From Promethearchaeota archaeon (GTDB taxonomy: Archaea > Asgardarchaeota > Lokiarchaeia > Sigyniarchaeales > SOKP01), in NCBI GenBank assembly GCA_048937405.1, contig JBHLNF010000014.1, positions 18,424 to 82,423 of the forward strand: a DNA stretch of 64,000 bases, in the 5' to 3' direction. The notes under the pieces were generated by a model. That model was not told the origin of the DNA and ran no database searches. It was given only the letters and a program-made list of their open reading frames with translations. A program made the position numbers and the translations under genes. Positions within the stretch are counted from its first letter, which is position 1. The number at the start of each line of letters is the position of its first letter. Shown one piece after another: positions 54,287 through 64,000 of this stretch.

Positions 54287-55171
54287 ATGACTTGGACTTT
54301 CAGAAAACTGCAAAAAATAAGTGGTTCATATTTAGTAAGTTTACCAAAAAACTGGATTAAAACAATCGGTTTAGATAAAAACTCAACTATAGGAATAAGT
54401 ATCCAAGATAATGGTACATTAGTTATTAGTCCAAAATCAGATCAAGTGGAATTTAAAGATGAACTAACAATGACATCAAGCTCCTATGTACCAAGAGAGG
54501 TTATAAAAAATCTTTTTTCAGGAATAGAGAAAATAATATTAGTATCAGAGAAAACAATTAGCCAAAAATTAAAAAAAGAAATTAAAAGGCTAATTACAGA
54601 TTTACCTAACATAGAAATTGTAGAAGATAAACCTCAGAGAATAGTTATTCAGAACTTTGGATTTAAAAAAGTACCAACTAATAAAATTATTGAACGTTTA
54701 TTATATATTCTAAGTGATATATTTACAAATGTTAAAAACAATTCAATTAATGAATTGGAAGAGAATGTTGTTCTATTAAGAAGATTCTATTTTTTATTAG
54801 TTATTCATATTAGAACCTTTTTAAGAACAGGAATATATGATTTAAAGATTAAAGATTTAACGCCCCTTAAGGCAATTGATTATAGATCCTTTTCTGAGCA
54901 AATTGAACATATAGGTTATAAATTACAATACTTTAGATTAAGTGAAAAAACAAAAGATTTCTTTGAAAAAGTTGAATCATATTACAATGAAGTTATGAAT
55001 GCTTATTTTAATAAAGATCTAAAAATAGCTTATAAACTATGGCTTGATAAGGATGAGTTAGAAGAAGAAGCAAGAAAATTAATGGATGTATTGGATTATG
55101 AGGATAAAGATAGAATAAAAGATTTATGGATGATCATTAGGCATTGTAAACGTATGGCTGCCCTCATCTAG
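54287..55171 (+). CDS. Archaeal AbrB-PhoU type regulator
   Basis: RKLQKISGSYLVSLPKNW AbrB N-terminus followed by PhoU-like helices. Confidence 0.82.
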   Translation: MTWTFRKLQKISGSYLVSLPKNWIKTIGLDKNSTIGISIQDNGTLVISPKSDQVEFKDELTMTSSSYVPREVIKNLFSGIEKIILVSEKTISQKLKKEIKRLITDLPNIEIVEDKPQRIVIQNFGFKKVPTNKIIERLLYILSDIFTNVKNNSINELEENVVLLRRFYFLLVIHIRTFLRTGIYDLKIKDLTPLKAIDYRSFSEQIEHIGYKLQYFRLSEKTKDFFEKVESYYNEVMNAYFNKDLKIAYKLWLDKDELEEEARKLMDVLDYEDKDRIKDLWMIIRHCKRMAALI

Positions 55172-55405
55172 ATAAATTATGAATAAGAATTTATAAGTGA
55201 ATTTTTTCTATTCTCTATTTATTGAAAAATTATAATTTCCAAATCTACAATTATAAGTTTTCTTTTTCGCTTAATTTTATCTTGTTTTCTTTTTAACGAA
55301 CTTATACTTATCAAATTCTCAAGATCTATAATAAATAAGGATAAAATTTATTGTATAAAATAATAATAGTAAAACATTAAAAAAATTTAGATAAACGGGA
55401 AGTTT

Positions 55406-56362
55406 ATGAAAGCAATAGTATATGAAAAATATGGGCCTCCTGAAGTATTGAAAATGAAAGAAGTAGAAATCCCTATTCCCAAGGACGATGATATACTCGT
55501 GAAGATACATGCAACAACCGTAACAAAAGGAGATGTCACATTTCGAGATGGCTTTAAAAGATTCAATCCGATAGTAAGGTTCTTTGCGCGATTAATGTTC
55601 GGTCTTAAAGGTCCTAAAAAAGTAAAAATATTGGGGCTTGAGTTAGCTGGGGAAGTAGAAGAAATCGGGAAAGATGTAACCAAATTCAAGAAAGGAGATC
55701 AAGTTTTTGCGTGTCCTGGTTTTCGTTATGGAGGTTATGCTGAATATATATGTTTTCCTGAAGAGACTAATAAAGGAAGATTTTCAAAAGATGGGATAGT
55801 GGCACTAAAACCAGTTAATATGACTTTTGAGGAAGCCGCACCTGTTGCTGGTGGGGGTTTAACGGCATATATGGTGATCAGAAAGGCTAATATTCAAAGT
55901 GGACAAAAAGTTTTGATATATGGAGCTTCTGGAAGTGTCGGTACGTTTGCTGTCCAGTTAGCTAAGCATTATGGGGCAGAAGTCACGGGAGTTTGTAGTA
56001 CAACTAATTTAAATTTGGTAAAATTTTTAGGTGCCGATAAAGTAATAGATTATACTCAAGAAGATTTTACTCAAAGTGGTGAGAAATATGATGTTATATT
56101 TGATGCTGTTGGAAAATTTAAGCCTTCACGGGCTAAAAAGGCTTTAAAAGAAACGGGAATTTATTTGAATGTTAATAAAGATTCAGGTGATGGAAAGTAC
56201 ATAAAATATGATGATTTTCAATTTCTTAAGGAACTTGTTGAAGCAGGAAAACTAAAATCAGCGATTGATAGAACTTATTCATGGGAACAAATAGTTGAAG
56301 CTCATAGGTATGTAGATAAAGGGCATAAAAAGGGAAATGTAATTATAACCATAGGCGAATAG
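55406..56362 (+). CDS. NAD(P)-dependent MDR oxidoreductase (Zn-independent type), copy 1
   Basis: [36 protein letters not shown]. Confidence 0.9.
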   Translation: MKAIVYEKYGPPEVLKMKEVEIPIPKDDDILVKIHATTVTKGDVTFRDGFKRFNPIVRFFARLMFGLKGPKKVKILGLELAGEVEEIGKDVTKFKKGDQVFACPGFRYGGYAEYICFPEETNKGRFSKDGIVALKPVNMTFEEAAPVAGGGLTAYMVIRKANIQSGQKVLIYGASGSVGTFAVQLAKHYGAEVTGVCSTTNLNLVKFLGADKVIDYTQEDFTQSGEKYDVIFDAVGKFKPSRAKKALKETGIYLNVNKDSGDGKYIKYDDFQFLKELVEAGKLKSAIDRTYSWEQIVEAHRYVDKGHKKGNVIITIGE

Positions 56363-56364
56363 AA

Positions 56365-57291
56365 ATGAAAGCTATAATATATGAAAGATATGGACCTCCT
56401 GAAGTTTTGATGATGAAAGAGGTTGAAAAACCTATTCCAAAAGACTATGAACTACTGGTAAAAGTACATGCAACGACGATCTCATTTGGGGTGATGATTG
56501 CTCGAAGCGGTAGACACCCAGATTCCAAATTTTTTACTTTCGCAGCACGATTAATGTTTGGCATCAGAAAACCAAGAAAAAATGTATTGGGGTATGAGTT
56601 TGCCGGGGAAGTAGAAGAAGTTGGAAAGAATATAACATTATTTAGAAAAGGTGACAAGGTTTTTGGAACTACTACAGGATTGAAAGTTGGTGCCTATGCT
56701 GAATATGTGTGTGTACCTGAAGAATGGAAGCAAGGAGTAGTTGCAATAAAGCCAACAAATTTGTCGTATGAGGAAGCCGCTGCCGTCCCAGTTGGGGGAA
56801 TGACAGCATTATATATACTTAAAAAGGCAGATATTCAGAAAGGTCAAAAGGTTCTTATCTATGGAGCTTCTGGAAGTGTAGGTTCCTTTGCAGTGCAGCT
56901 TGCTAAGTACTTAGGGGCAGAAGTTTCCGCTGTGTGCAGTACTAAACACTTGGATTGGGTAAAAAATCTGGGAGTTGATAAAGTTATTGATTATACGATA
57001 GAGGATTTTACTGATAATGGTCAGATTTATGATGTAGTTTTTGAGGCGGTAGGTAAGATTTCTTCATCATATTGTAAAAGAGCTTTAAAAGAAGATGGAA
57101 TTTATCTTACAAGTAAATCTCCGACAAAGGAAATTACTGAAAACTTAATTTTTCTAAAAGAGATTATTGAAAAGGGTAAGTTAAAACCCGCTATAGATAA
57201 AATCTACCCAATGGAACAAATAATCGAGGCTCATAGGTATGCTGATAAAGGACATAAAAAAGGGAATGTGGTAATAAACGTGGTAAAATAA
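56365..57291 (+). CDS. NAD(P)-dependent MDR oxidoreductase, copy 2
   Basis: [29 protein letters not shown]. Confidence 0.9.
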   Translation: MKAIIYERYGPPEVLMMKEVEKPIPKDYELLVKVHATTISFGVMIARSGRHPDSKFFTFAARLMFGIRKPRKNVLGYEFAGEVEEVGKNITLFRKGDKVFGTTTGLKVGAYAEYVCVPEEWKQGVVAIKPTNLSYEEAAAVPVGGMTALYILKKADIQKGQKVLIYGASGSVGSFAVQLAKYLGAEVSAVCSTKHLDWVKNLGVDKVIDYTIEDFTDNGQIYDVVFEAVGKISSSYCKRALKEDGIYLTSKSPTKEITENLIFLKEIIEKGKLKPAIDKIYPMEQIIEAHRYADKGHKKGNVVINVVK

Positions 57292-57293
57292 TC

Positions 57294-58298
57294 ATGAAAG
57301 CAATTGTTTGTACAAAATACGGACCACCTGAGGTTCTACAACTCAGAGAAGTAGAAAAACCTACTCCCAAAGACAATGAAATACTGATAAAAATATATGC
57401 AGCAACAGTAACAATGGGAGATTGCGAAATGCGAAGTCTCAAGTTCTCTGGTTTGTTAAAAGTCCTTATGCGACTAGGAATGGGCTTCAGAAGACCAAGA
57501 AAAAGGACTTCAATATTAGGGCAAGAATTAGCAGGTGAAATCGAAGCAGTAGGTAGTGAGGTAACACTTTTTAGAAAAGGTGATCCTGTGTTTGGCACTA
57601 CAGGTTTTCGATTTGGTGCCTATGCGGAGTACACATGTCTACCTGCAAATGGAGTAATGATAATTAAACCAGATAAGATTACTTATGAAGAAGCCGCGAC
57701 AGTTCCTGTTGGGGGTCTTGAGGCAACCCATTATCTTAGAAAAGCAGATATTCAGAAAGGGCAAACGATTCTAATTAGAGGAGCTTCTGGAAGTATAGGT
57801 ACAATCGCAATACAGCTTTCTAAATATTATGGGGCAGAAGTTACAGGTGTAGGCAATCCTATGAGTTTGGAAGTAATGAAATCATTAGGTGCTGATAATG
57901 TAATTGACTATACCAAAGAGGAATTTACCAAAAATGGTAAGAAATATGATTTTATTTTTGATATCATAGGTAAGATTTCATTTTTAGAATTTCAAAATTC
58001 TCTAAAGAAAAATGGTACTTACCTTTTAGCTAATCCTGAACTAAAATTAATTAATCGAGAAAAAAGGATTGCAAAGAGAGGTGGTTTTAAATATATCGCA
58101 GGGAATATAGATGACACAAAGGAAATGATAGAGCAATTAAGATTCCTTAAAGAACTTATTGAGGCAGAAAAGATAAAAATTGTCATAGATAGACGATATA
58201 AGTTAGAACAATTGGCTGAGGCTCATAGTTATGTTGAAGAAGGACAGAAAACAGGAAATGTAATTATAAATATAATTGACGAAAAAAATGAAAAATAA
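57294..58298 (+). CDS. NAD(P)-dependent MDR oxidoreductase, copy 3
   Basis: [29 protein letters not shown]. Confidence 0.9.
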   Translation: MKAIVCTKYGPPEVLQLREVEKPTPKDNEILIKIYAATVTMGDCEMRSLKFSGLLKVLMRLGMGFRRPRKRTSILGQELAGEIEAVGSEVTLFRKGDPVFGTTGFRFGAYAEYTCLPANGVMIIKPDKITYEEAATVPVGGLEATHYLRKADIQKGQTILIRGASGSIGTIAIQLSKYYGAEVTGVGNPMSLEVMKSLGADNVIDYTKEEFTKNGKKYDFIFDIIGKISFLEFQNSLKKNGTYLLANPELKLINREKRIAKRGGFKYIAGNIDDTKEMIEQLRFLKELIEAEKIKIVIDRRYKLEQLAEAHSYVEEGQKTGNVIINIIDEKNEK

Positions 58299-58767
58299 AT
58301 GTATACTAGTATTATATTCATACCACCACAAGAATACTGAAAAAATCGCTAAGGTTTTCGCAAAAGTTCTTGATGCGCAAATAAAAACACCACAGCAAGT
58401 ACAACCAGAGGAGTTTCAGGACTATGATCTTATAGGTTTTGGTTCTGGAATTTATGGTGCAACGCACCATAAACTTCTACTCGACCTTGCAGATACACTC
58501 TCACAAGTTTCCAATGTAAAAGCGTTTATTTATTCGACTGCGGCACTGACAGGGAAAAAGAAGGTTGCTAAAGACCACTCATTACTAAGGGAAAAACTGC
58601 AATTGAAAGGATATATAATTGTGGATGAATTTCAATGTAAAGGTTTTAATACAAATAGTTTTATGAAATATTTTGGGGGCATGAACAAGGGCAGACCTAA
58701 TGCTGAAGACATCAAAAATGCAGAAGAATTTGCCCAAACCCTGAAGCAAAACCAGTCAAGAGAGTGA
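58288..58767 (+). CDS. Flavodoxin family protein
   Basis: YSYHHKNTEKIA, YDLIGFGSGIY, FQCKG, NKGRPN; ATG 58288 overlaps the upstream gene. Confidence 0.85.
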   Translation: MKNKCILVLYSYHHKNTEKIAKVFAKVLDAQIKTPQQVQPEEFQDYDLIGFGSGIYGATHHKLLLDLADTLSQVSNVKAFIYSTAALTGKKKVAKDHSLLREKLQLKGYIIVDEFQCKGFNTNSFMKYFGGMNKGRPNAEDIKNAEEFAQTLKQNQSRE

Positions 58768-58912
58768 TATAAATTATTATTAAAATAAAAAATCGATCAG
58801 CAAAATTTTTAAAAATTAATGAGGAATTAATATATAACAATAATTTCTACTGTTATTATATTAGTAATATATGTTATTAGTGTAAGATTATATGATAGAA
58901 AGGTAAAGTAAG

Positions 58913-59167
58913 ATGAAAAAGTGGACAGCATTTATTATTGGAATAATTTTAGTTGTGATTTTTATAATCACTATGTTTGTATTGCCTCCGTTGTTAGACT
59001 GGCATTATCCCGATATTTTGAGTTGGCAGGATTTTATAGATTCTATTAGTACACCTGAAGGATTAATGATTGGAATCGTTACTGAAGTAATTCCGATTAT
59101 ATGTGTTACAATTGGAGCTATTTTTCTTATAATTTTTGCGATTAAATTAATTCGGGGTAAAGAATAA
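58913..59167 (+). CDS. Small 2-TM membrane protein
   Basis: Two hydrophobic helices, ATG start. Confidence 0.6.
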   Translation: MKKWTAFIIGIILVVIFIITMFVLPPLLDWHYPDILSWQDFIDSISTPEGLMIGIVTEVIPIICVTIGAIFLIIFAIKLIRGKE

Positions 59168-59402
59168 GTAAATTTTTTTATTTTTAATTAATAAATTGAT
59201 ATCCAAATATGCAAAAGTTTGGCTGATGTTGGCGGTTAACATCTGATATTCAATATGCTAAAGGTTGATGAAATACCCACTTGAAAAAATGATAAGAAGA
59301 GTAGCTAAAGAAGAAAAAGATTTATAATTAATTTATAAAATGTTATACATGCTTATCATTTTAATAAGATAGATTCAAATAAATTCTAATCAATTTAATC
59401 AT

Positions 59403-60188
59403 ATGATACGATTACCAGCTCTCTTCATAGGTCATGGAAGTCCTTATAATTTATTTGATGAAAATGATTTTACTAAATCATTAAGAGATTTTGGTAAAAA
59501 ATTATTTTCTAAATACAAACCGAGAGCAATTGTTTTAATATCTGCTCATTGGTTGACTCGTGGCACTTTCCTAACTGGTGATGATAATCCCCGGATGGTT
59601 TATGATTATTATGGTTTTCCTAAACATTTTTATGAATATGTATATCCTGCAAAAGGATCTTCAAAAATTGCTCAAGAAATCACTCAATCATTCCCGAATA
59701 TTTTGAAAACTTCAAATGAATGGGGAATAGACCATGCAGCAACTATTGTCTTAGAAAATTTAATTCCTGAGGGGCAAATTCCAATAATTGAGTTTAGTTT
59801 AGACATTCGACATCCACCACAATATCACTTTGAACTTGGACAAAAGTTAGCTAATTTACGAGAACAAAATTTCCTATTAATTGGAAGTGGCAATATTATC
59901 CATACATTTAGAGAATTTAATTGGGATATTAATGCTGAGCCGTTTGAATGGACTATTGAGTTAGATAACCTCCAAAAACAAGCATTAGATTCACACAATA
60001 CTAATATTTTAATCAATTATGAACAAATTAAATTAAGTAAACGGGGATTTCAGACAAATGATCACTATCTTCCTATGCTATATATAATAGGAATGCAACA
60101 AGATAATGAGAAGGTGAGTTATATCTATGAAGGGATCCAGCATGCTTCAGTTTCACATCGTAGTTTTTTCATAGGAAATAAAATTTAA
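59403..60188 (+). CDS. ygiD: DODA/YgiD-type (LigB family) extradiol dioxygenase
   Basis: FIGHGSP, ISAHW, YDYYGFP, WGIDH, IGSGNIIH, DHYLPM. Confidence 0.88.
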   Translation: MIRLPALFIGHGSPYNLFDENDFTKSLRDFGKKLFSKYKPRAIVLISAHWLTRGTFLTGDDNPRMVYDYYGFPKHFYEYVYPAKGSSKIAQEITQSFPNILKTSNEWGIDHAATIVLENLIPEGQIPIIEFSLDIRHPPQYHFELGQKLANLREQNFLLIGSGNIIHTFREFNWDINAEPFEWTIELDNLQKQALDSHNTNILINYEQIKLSKRGFQTNDHYLPMLYIIGMQQDNEKVSYIYEGIQHASVSHRSFFIGNKI

Positions 60189-60198
60189 AAAAATAAAG

Positions 60199-60861
60199 TT
60201 GAAAAATGTGGAAGAACAAAAGATAATTGAAACAGAAAATCTTAGAAAATATATTAAAGAACTAGGAATTGTTACTTATGGTGTAGCTGACATGCATTTA
60301 TTAAAAGAAATAGACACTGGACTTCCTATAGATCTGAAAAATTTCATAAATACGTTTCCTTATGCTATAGTATTAGGTGCTCAATATGGAAAGTTTGGTA
60401 AAAAAGCCTCCGGTGGCAAAATTGCATTATTTTTAGAAGAAGCTGCGTTTTCTATAATGGAATATTTAGAGAATAAGGGTTATAAACAACTTATTATTCA
60501 TACTGAGGACGAATTTGATCCTATTAATAGGAAAGGGTTTATGTCGCTTAAAATCTTAGCAAAAACAGCTGGACTTGGGTGGCAAGGTAGATCATTATTA
60601 ATAATTTCTCCAGAATATGGTCCTTTGCATCGATTAATCGCAATTTTAACAGACCTTCCACTTCAAGTGAATCATGCAATTAAAAATGAATGTGGTGATT
60701 GCCGAAAATGCATAGAAGCATGTCCTCAGAATGCACTTACTTTTAATGCCTTTAATGACCATCCCAAACATAGGGAAAATGTTTTAGATATTAAGACTTG
60801 TTTGGGGGATAATGGATGTTTGGTATGTCTTTTATCCTGTCCGTGGTTAAAACAGCCTTAA
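60199..60861 (+). CDS. Epoxyqueuosine reductase (QueG)-like double 4Fe-4S protein
   Basis: AGLGWQGRS.LIISPEYGP..RL.AILTD, CGDCRKCIEACP, CLVCLLSCP. Confidence 0.8.
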   Translation: MKNVEEQKIIETENLRKYIKELGIVTYGVADMHLLKEIDTGLPIDLKNFINTFPYAIVLGAQYGKFGKKASGGKIALFLEEAAFSIMEYLENKGYKQLIIHTEDEFDPINRKGFMSLKILAKTAGLGWQGRSLLIISPEYGPLHRLIAILTDLPLQVNHAIKNECGDCRKCIEACPQNALTFNAFNDHPKHRENVLDIKTCLGDNGCLVCLLSCPWLKQP

Positions 60862-61018
60862 TACTTCAAAGTAATGATATAAAATAGAATTTCATAAAAT
60901 GATCTAAAGTTAATGAAAATTTAGTTGGAATTCCTAAAGTATTTTTTTTTTTATTTTATTATGAATTTTTTTAAGGCTTATCCTTCATTTCTAGCTCGGA
61001 TTCTAACAAATATTATTA

Positions 61019-61948
61019 TCAATAGAAAGGAATTGGAAAAATTGTGCTTAAAATTATCGATAGTATATAAATCAATAAGCTTACATGATAGAGAGGTAAT
61101 ATTTTAAGCGCTGTATTTGAAGTTTGATTTTTAAAAAGAGCTATATTTGCAGTTGTCATTAATATAAAAGAAAGGATGAAGCCTATCAAGGCGATGACTC
61201 CAAGTTTAAAAAAGAGTAGTAATAATGCAAATCCAATGTGTATAAGAGTAAAATATGCAATCCATTTAATATTACCTTTAATACCATATAGAATTGTGAT
61301 TGTTTTTAGATTCTTCGCTTTATCGTTGTCATAATCTCCCAGATCATTTAATCCTAAGTGAGCTTGTGCCCAAGGATAAAGAAAAAGTATAAGTAAAATG
61401 ATCGTTAATGAAAAATGTCCATAGCATAGATATCCAGCTACAGGAAATATTGTTAAATCTGTTCTTCCTATTAATTGGGCGATTGGAAATTTTTGCTTTT
61501 CCTTTTTCTTTTGATAAAATATTTCGACGGAATATGCATAAATCATTATTACATATAAGTAAAGGTTATTAGGAAAAGGTAAAATGGCAATTAATGCTAT
61601 AGTGATAATTACGAAAACTAAAAATATAGTTAGAGCTTCTTTAAGAGATATAGTCTCAGCAGATAATGGTCTCTCTTTAAATGGTCTCCAATATTTAGTA
61701 AATTCATTATCAGTTCCTAATTTGTCTACTTCTTTATCAACAATATCGTTAAGTACCATTCCTGCTTCAAACCCAAATAGACCAATAAAAAATACAATTA
61801 CTAATAAGGGTAAAGAAAAATAATTATAATCTCTAAAAGCTATCAATAAACCAGAAATAAATAGTAATGGCCATACTATCGCAAAATGTGCCCGAGTTAA
61901 GTCTAAATAAGCTTTTAATTTGGATTTAAATGTCATATTTTTTTCCAC
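61019..61948 (-). CDS. UbiA family prenyltransferase
   Basis: NDIVDKEVD and NDLGDYDND Asp-rich motifs; multiple TM helices. Confidence 0.88.
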   Translation of the reverse strand: MEKNMTFKSKLKAYLDLTRAHFAIVWPLLFISGLLIAFRDYNYFSLPLLVIVFFIGLFGFEAGMVLNDIVDKEVDKLGTDNEFTKYWRPFKERPLSAETISLKEALTIFLVFVIITIALIAILPFPNNLYLYVIMIYAYSVEIFYQKKKEKQKFPIAQLIGRTDLTIFPVAGYLCYGHFSLTIILLILFLYPWAQAHLGLNDLGDYDNDKAKNLKTITILYGIKGNIKWIAYFTLIHIGFALLLLFFKLGVIALIGFILSFILMTTANIALFKNQTSNTALKILPLYHVSLLIYILSIILSTIFPIPFY

Positions 61949-62160
61949 CTTATATTTTTTATCAAATTGAATGAAATAGTATATATATTATTATAGGTTT
62001 GATCTTTATTACAAAATTTTTGATCTTTAATCCCCTTATTCTACATAAATAAATACTAAATAATAATAATAATTAGTGATATAAGAAATAAAAAGAGACC
62101 AATTTTTCAAAATTCTGTTTGCTTAATTTTAAATTAGTTAAGATTAAAAAAAGATTAATA

Positions 62161-64000
62161 TTAGTTAAGTTTATCTTTCATTTCCATGTAGAAATCCAAG
62201 GATTCTGGATTTCTCAACGCCCCTCGATTTGCAACTGAAAGTCCATGGATTATCTTAGTAACTGCAATCTCAACCTTTTTATCACTGAACGTATAGGGAA
62301 TACCATCTGGGGGTGCTTGTAAAATTATTTTAGGTATATGCCTTGGAGAAGTTTTTGTTCGGAGTTCTTTCCTAATTTTTTCTTTCAATGCATCGGTTAA
62401 TTCATATCCTTCATTTAACAATACAAACATTACAATTCGAATATCACCACTGAACTTTTGTCCAATCACCAAAGAATCAGCTATTTCTGGTAATTGTTCA
62501 ACCACATTATAGATCTCTGCTGTTCCAATTCGGACTCCACTTGGTTTCAAAACTGCATCTGATCTTCCCCAAAATGTTATACCTCCTGTATCGTTATGGA
62601 CTATAATATAATCGCCATGTCTCCAGACATTTTTGCCCATATCTTTAAAGAAATCAAAATAAGCTGCTTTGTATTTGGTCATATTATTGTCATCCCCCCA
62701 GAAATATATAGGCATTGAAGGTGCCGGGGCTTCACATACTAGTTCCGCTTGATCATCTTCAACTGGTTCAGCTTCTTCGTTATATGCCTCTACTTTCATA
62801 GCTAATGCTCTCCCCTGTAATTCACCAGAATACACAGGGAGAATTGGAATAGCTCCTGCAAAGCATCCGTTTATATCTGTACCACCGCTAATCGAATTGA
62901 AGTATAAATCTTTCTTGATTTCCCTATATACATACTCAAACCCTTCTGGAGAGAGGGTTGATGCGGTTTGAGATATTTCCCTTAGTGCACTTAGATCGTA
63001 TTTTTCAGCAGGTTTAACTCCAAGACTCATTAAATAATGAATATATGCAGCACTAGTACCAAATATCGAGATTTTATATTTTTCTATAAACTCAAAAAAT
63101 CTTAATGGATCTGGATAAAGTGGATTCCCATCATACAAGAATATCGTTGCGCCCGTAGTTAAGGCACTGATAAGCCAGTTCCACATTTTGGCTGGAATAA
63201 GGTGGACTTATACCATCATCCATGAAGGCGCAGTTATATAAGTAATAACATCACTTCTTTTACAATCGGTAGATAGGATTAGCTCCTTTAAATGATTAAT
63301 GAGAACACCGCCTCCACTCTGTACCATACATTTCGGTTTGCCTGTCGTTCCAGAAGAGAACATTACATAGATTGGATGATCAAAAGGTAATTGTTCAAAT
63401 TCTAACTTGTGATCTTTCTCTTTAGAAATAAAATCTTCCCAATTTAGAGCTTTAGGAATACTACTAACATCTGCTTTGCCATCAGAAATGTAAGAAACAA
63501 CAATAACTTTTTCTATTGAGGGTATAGCGTTTACCACAGCTATAACATTATCTCTAATATCAAAAACATTATCTCTATAATAATATCCATCAACAGTAAA
63601 GAGTATTTTAGGTTCAATTTGACCAAATCTGTCAATAACTGCACTTGGTTGAAGTTCAGCACCGCAAGAAGACCAAATTGCTCCAATAGTAGTGGTTGCG
63701 AGCATCGCAGTTGGTGTTTCAATTAAGTTTGGAATGTATGAAACAACACGATCTCCAACTTTTACTCCTGCTTTTTTAAGGGAATTTGCTAAACGAGCTA
63801 CGGTTTTGTTTAGCTCATCGTAAGTTATTTGTTTAGTGACCTTAGTTTCGCCTTGAAATATAAAAGCAAGTTTTTCATCCTTGTATTTTAATAAATTTTC
63901 TGCAAAGTTCAATTTAGTTCCTGGAAACCATTTAGTTCCTGGAAATACACTTAAGTCTTCAACAACTTTATCATAAGGAATAGAAGAAATTATTTTACAA
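62161..64000 (-). CDS. Acetoacetate--CoA ligase (5' end outside the window), interrupted by a 30-nt in-frame insertion
   Basis: WFPGTKLNFAENLL, FSSGTTGKPKC, WMM/WNW, SISGGTD, WRHGD, GRSDAVL..SGVRIGTAEIY; frame is open to the window edge and both parts share one frame. Confidence 0.9.
63187..63216 (-). other. Candidate bulge-helix-bulge (BHB/BHL) mRNA intron, 30 nt
   Basis: mRNA CA-UGGA-[UG^A]-UGGUAUAAG-UCCAC-CUUAUUCCA-GCCA-[AA^A]-UG; excision at the carets removes the UAA and restores P-S-W-M-M-W-N-W. Confidence 0.65.

Noticed and set aside
59223-59284. Possible C/D-box sRNA (CTGATGT..CTGA..TGATGA..TTGA)
   Set aside because: C and D boxes are imperfect, spacing is atypical and no target can be verified
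62161-63912. Interpretation as a frameshifted pseudogene or two separate genes
   Set aside because: Both parts are in the same frame with no other lesions, and the break falls within a conserved motif
63912-63945. 16-nt direct repeat ATTTAGTTCCTGGAAA
   Set aside because: Encodes FPGTK-W-FPGTK, matching the family's usual PGxxWFPGxxLN motif; not a CRISPR or mobile repeat

Overview
AT-rich chromosomal window, most likely from a Lokiarchaeia-type Asgard archaeon. This is inferred from an archaeal-type LeuRS, an HPS-RraA fusion, an AbrB-PhoU regulator, a roadblock-Rab-like GTPase fusion, a Loki-type LRR protein and an expansion of multi-PAS histidine kinases. Two features stand out. (1) A self-contained ~16.4 kb acyl-chain biosynthesis cluster (2728-19135) encodes a 3512-aa type I PKS/PUFA-synthase-like megasynthase with the order ER*-ER-KS-AT-KS-ACPx3-KR-DH-PPTase. 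All three ACPs carry Thr at the normally invariant Ser (LGIDTVKQ). The cluster also holds a translationally coupled alpha/beta-hydrolase, all three subunits of a biotin-dependent acyl-CoA carboxylase and a biotin-protein ligase. (2) A 30-nt in-frame, stop-containing insertion in an acetoacetate-CoA ligase gene (63187-63216) folds into a bulge-helix-bulge-like motif whose canonical cut sites restore WMMWNW, making it a candidate archaeal mRNA intron. Also present are a candidate structured RNA (137-392), a high-GC katG, a diverged duplicate of the hps 3' end bracketing a DUF362/EF-hand gene, a SET-domain gene, three tandem MDR oxidoreductases and small pseudogene scars. No rRNA, tRNA, CRISPR array or transposase was seen. 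All calls come from motif recognition by eye; no searches were run.
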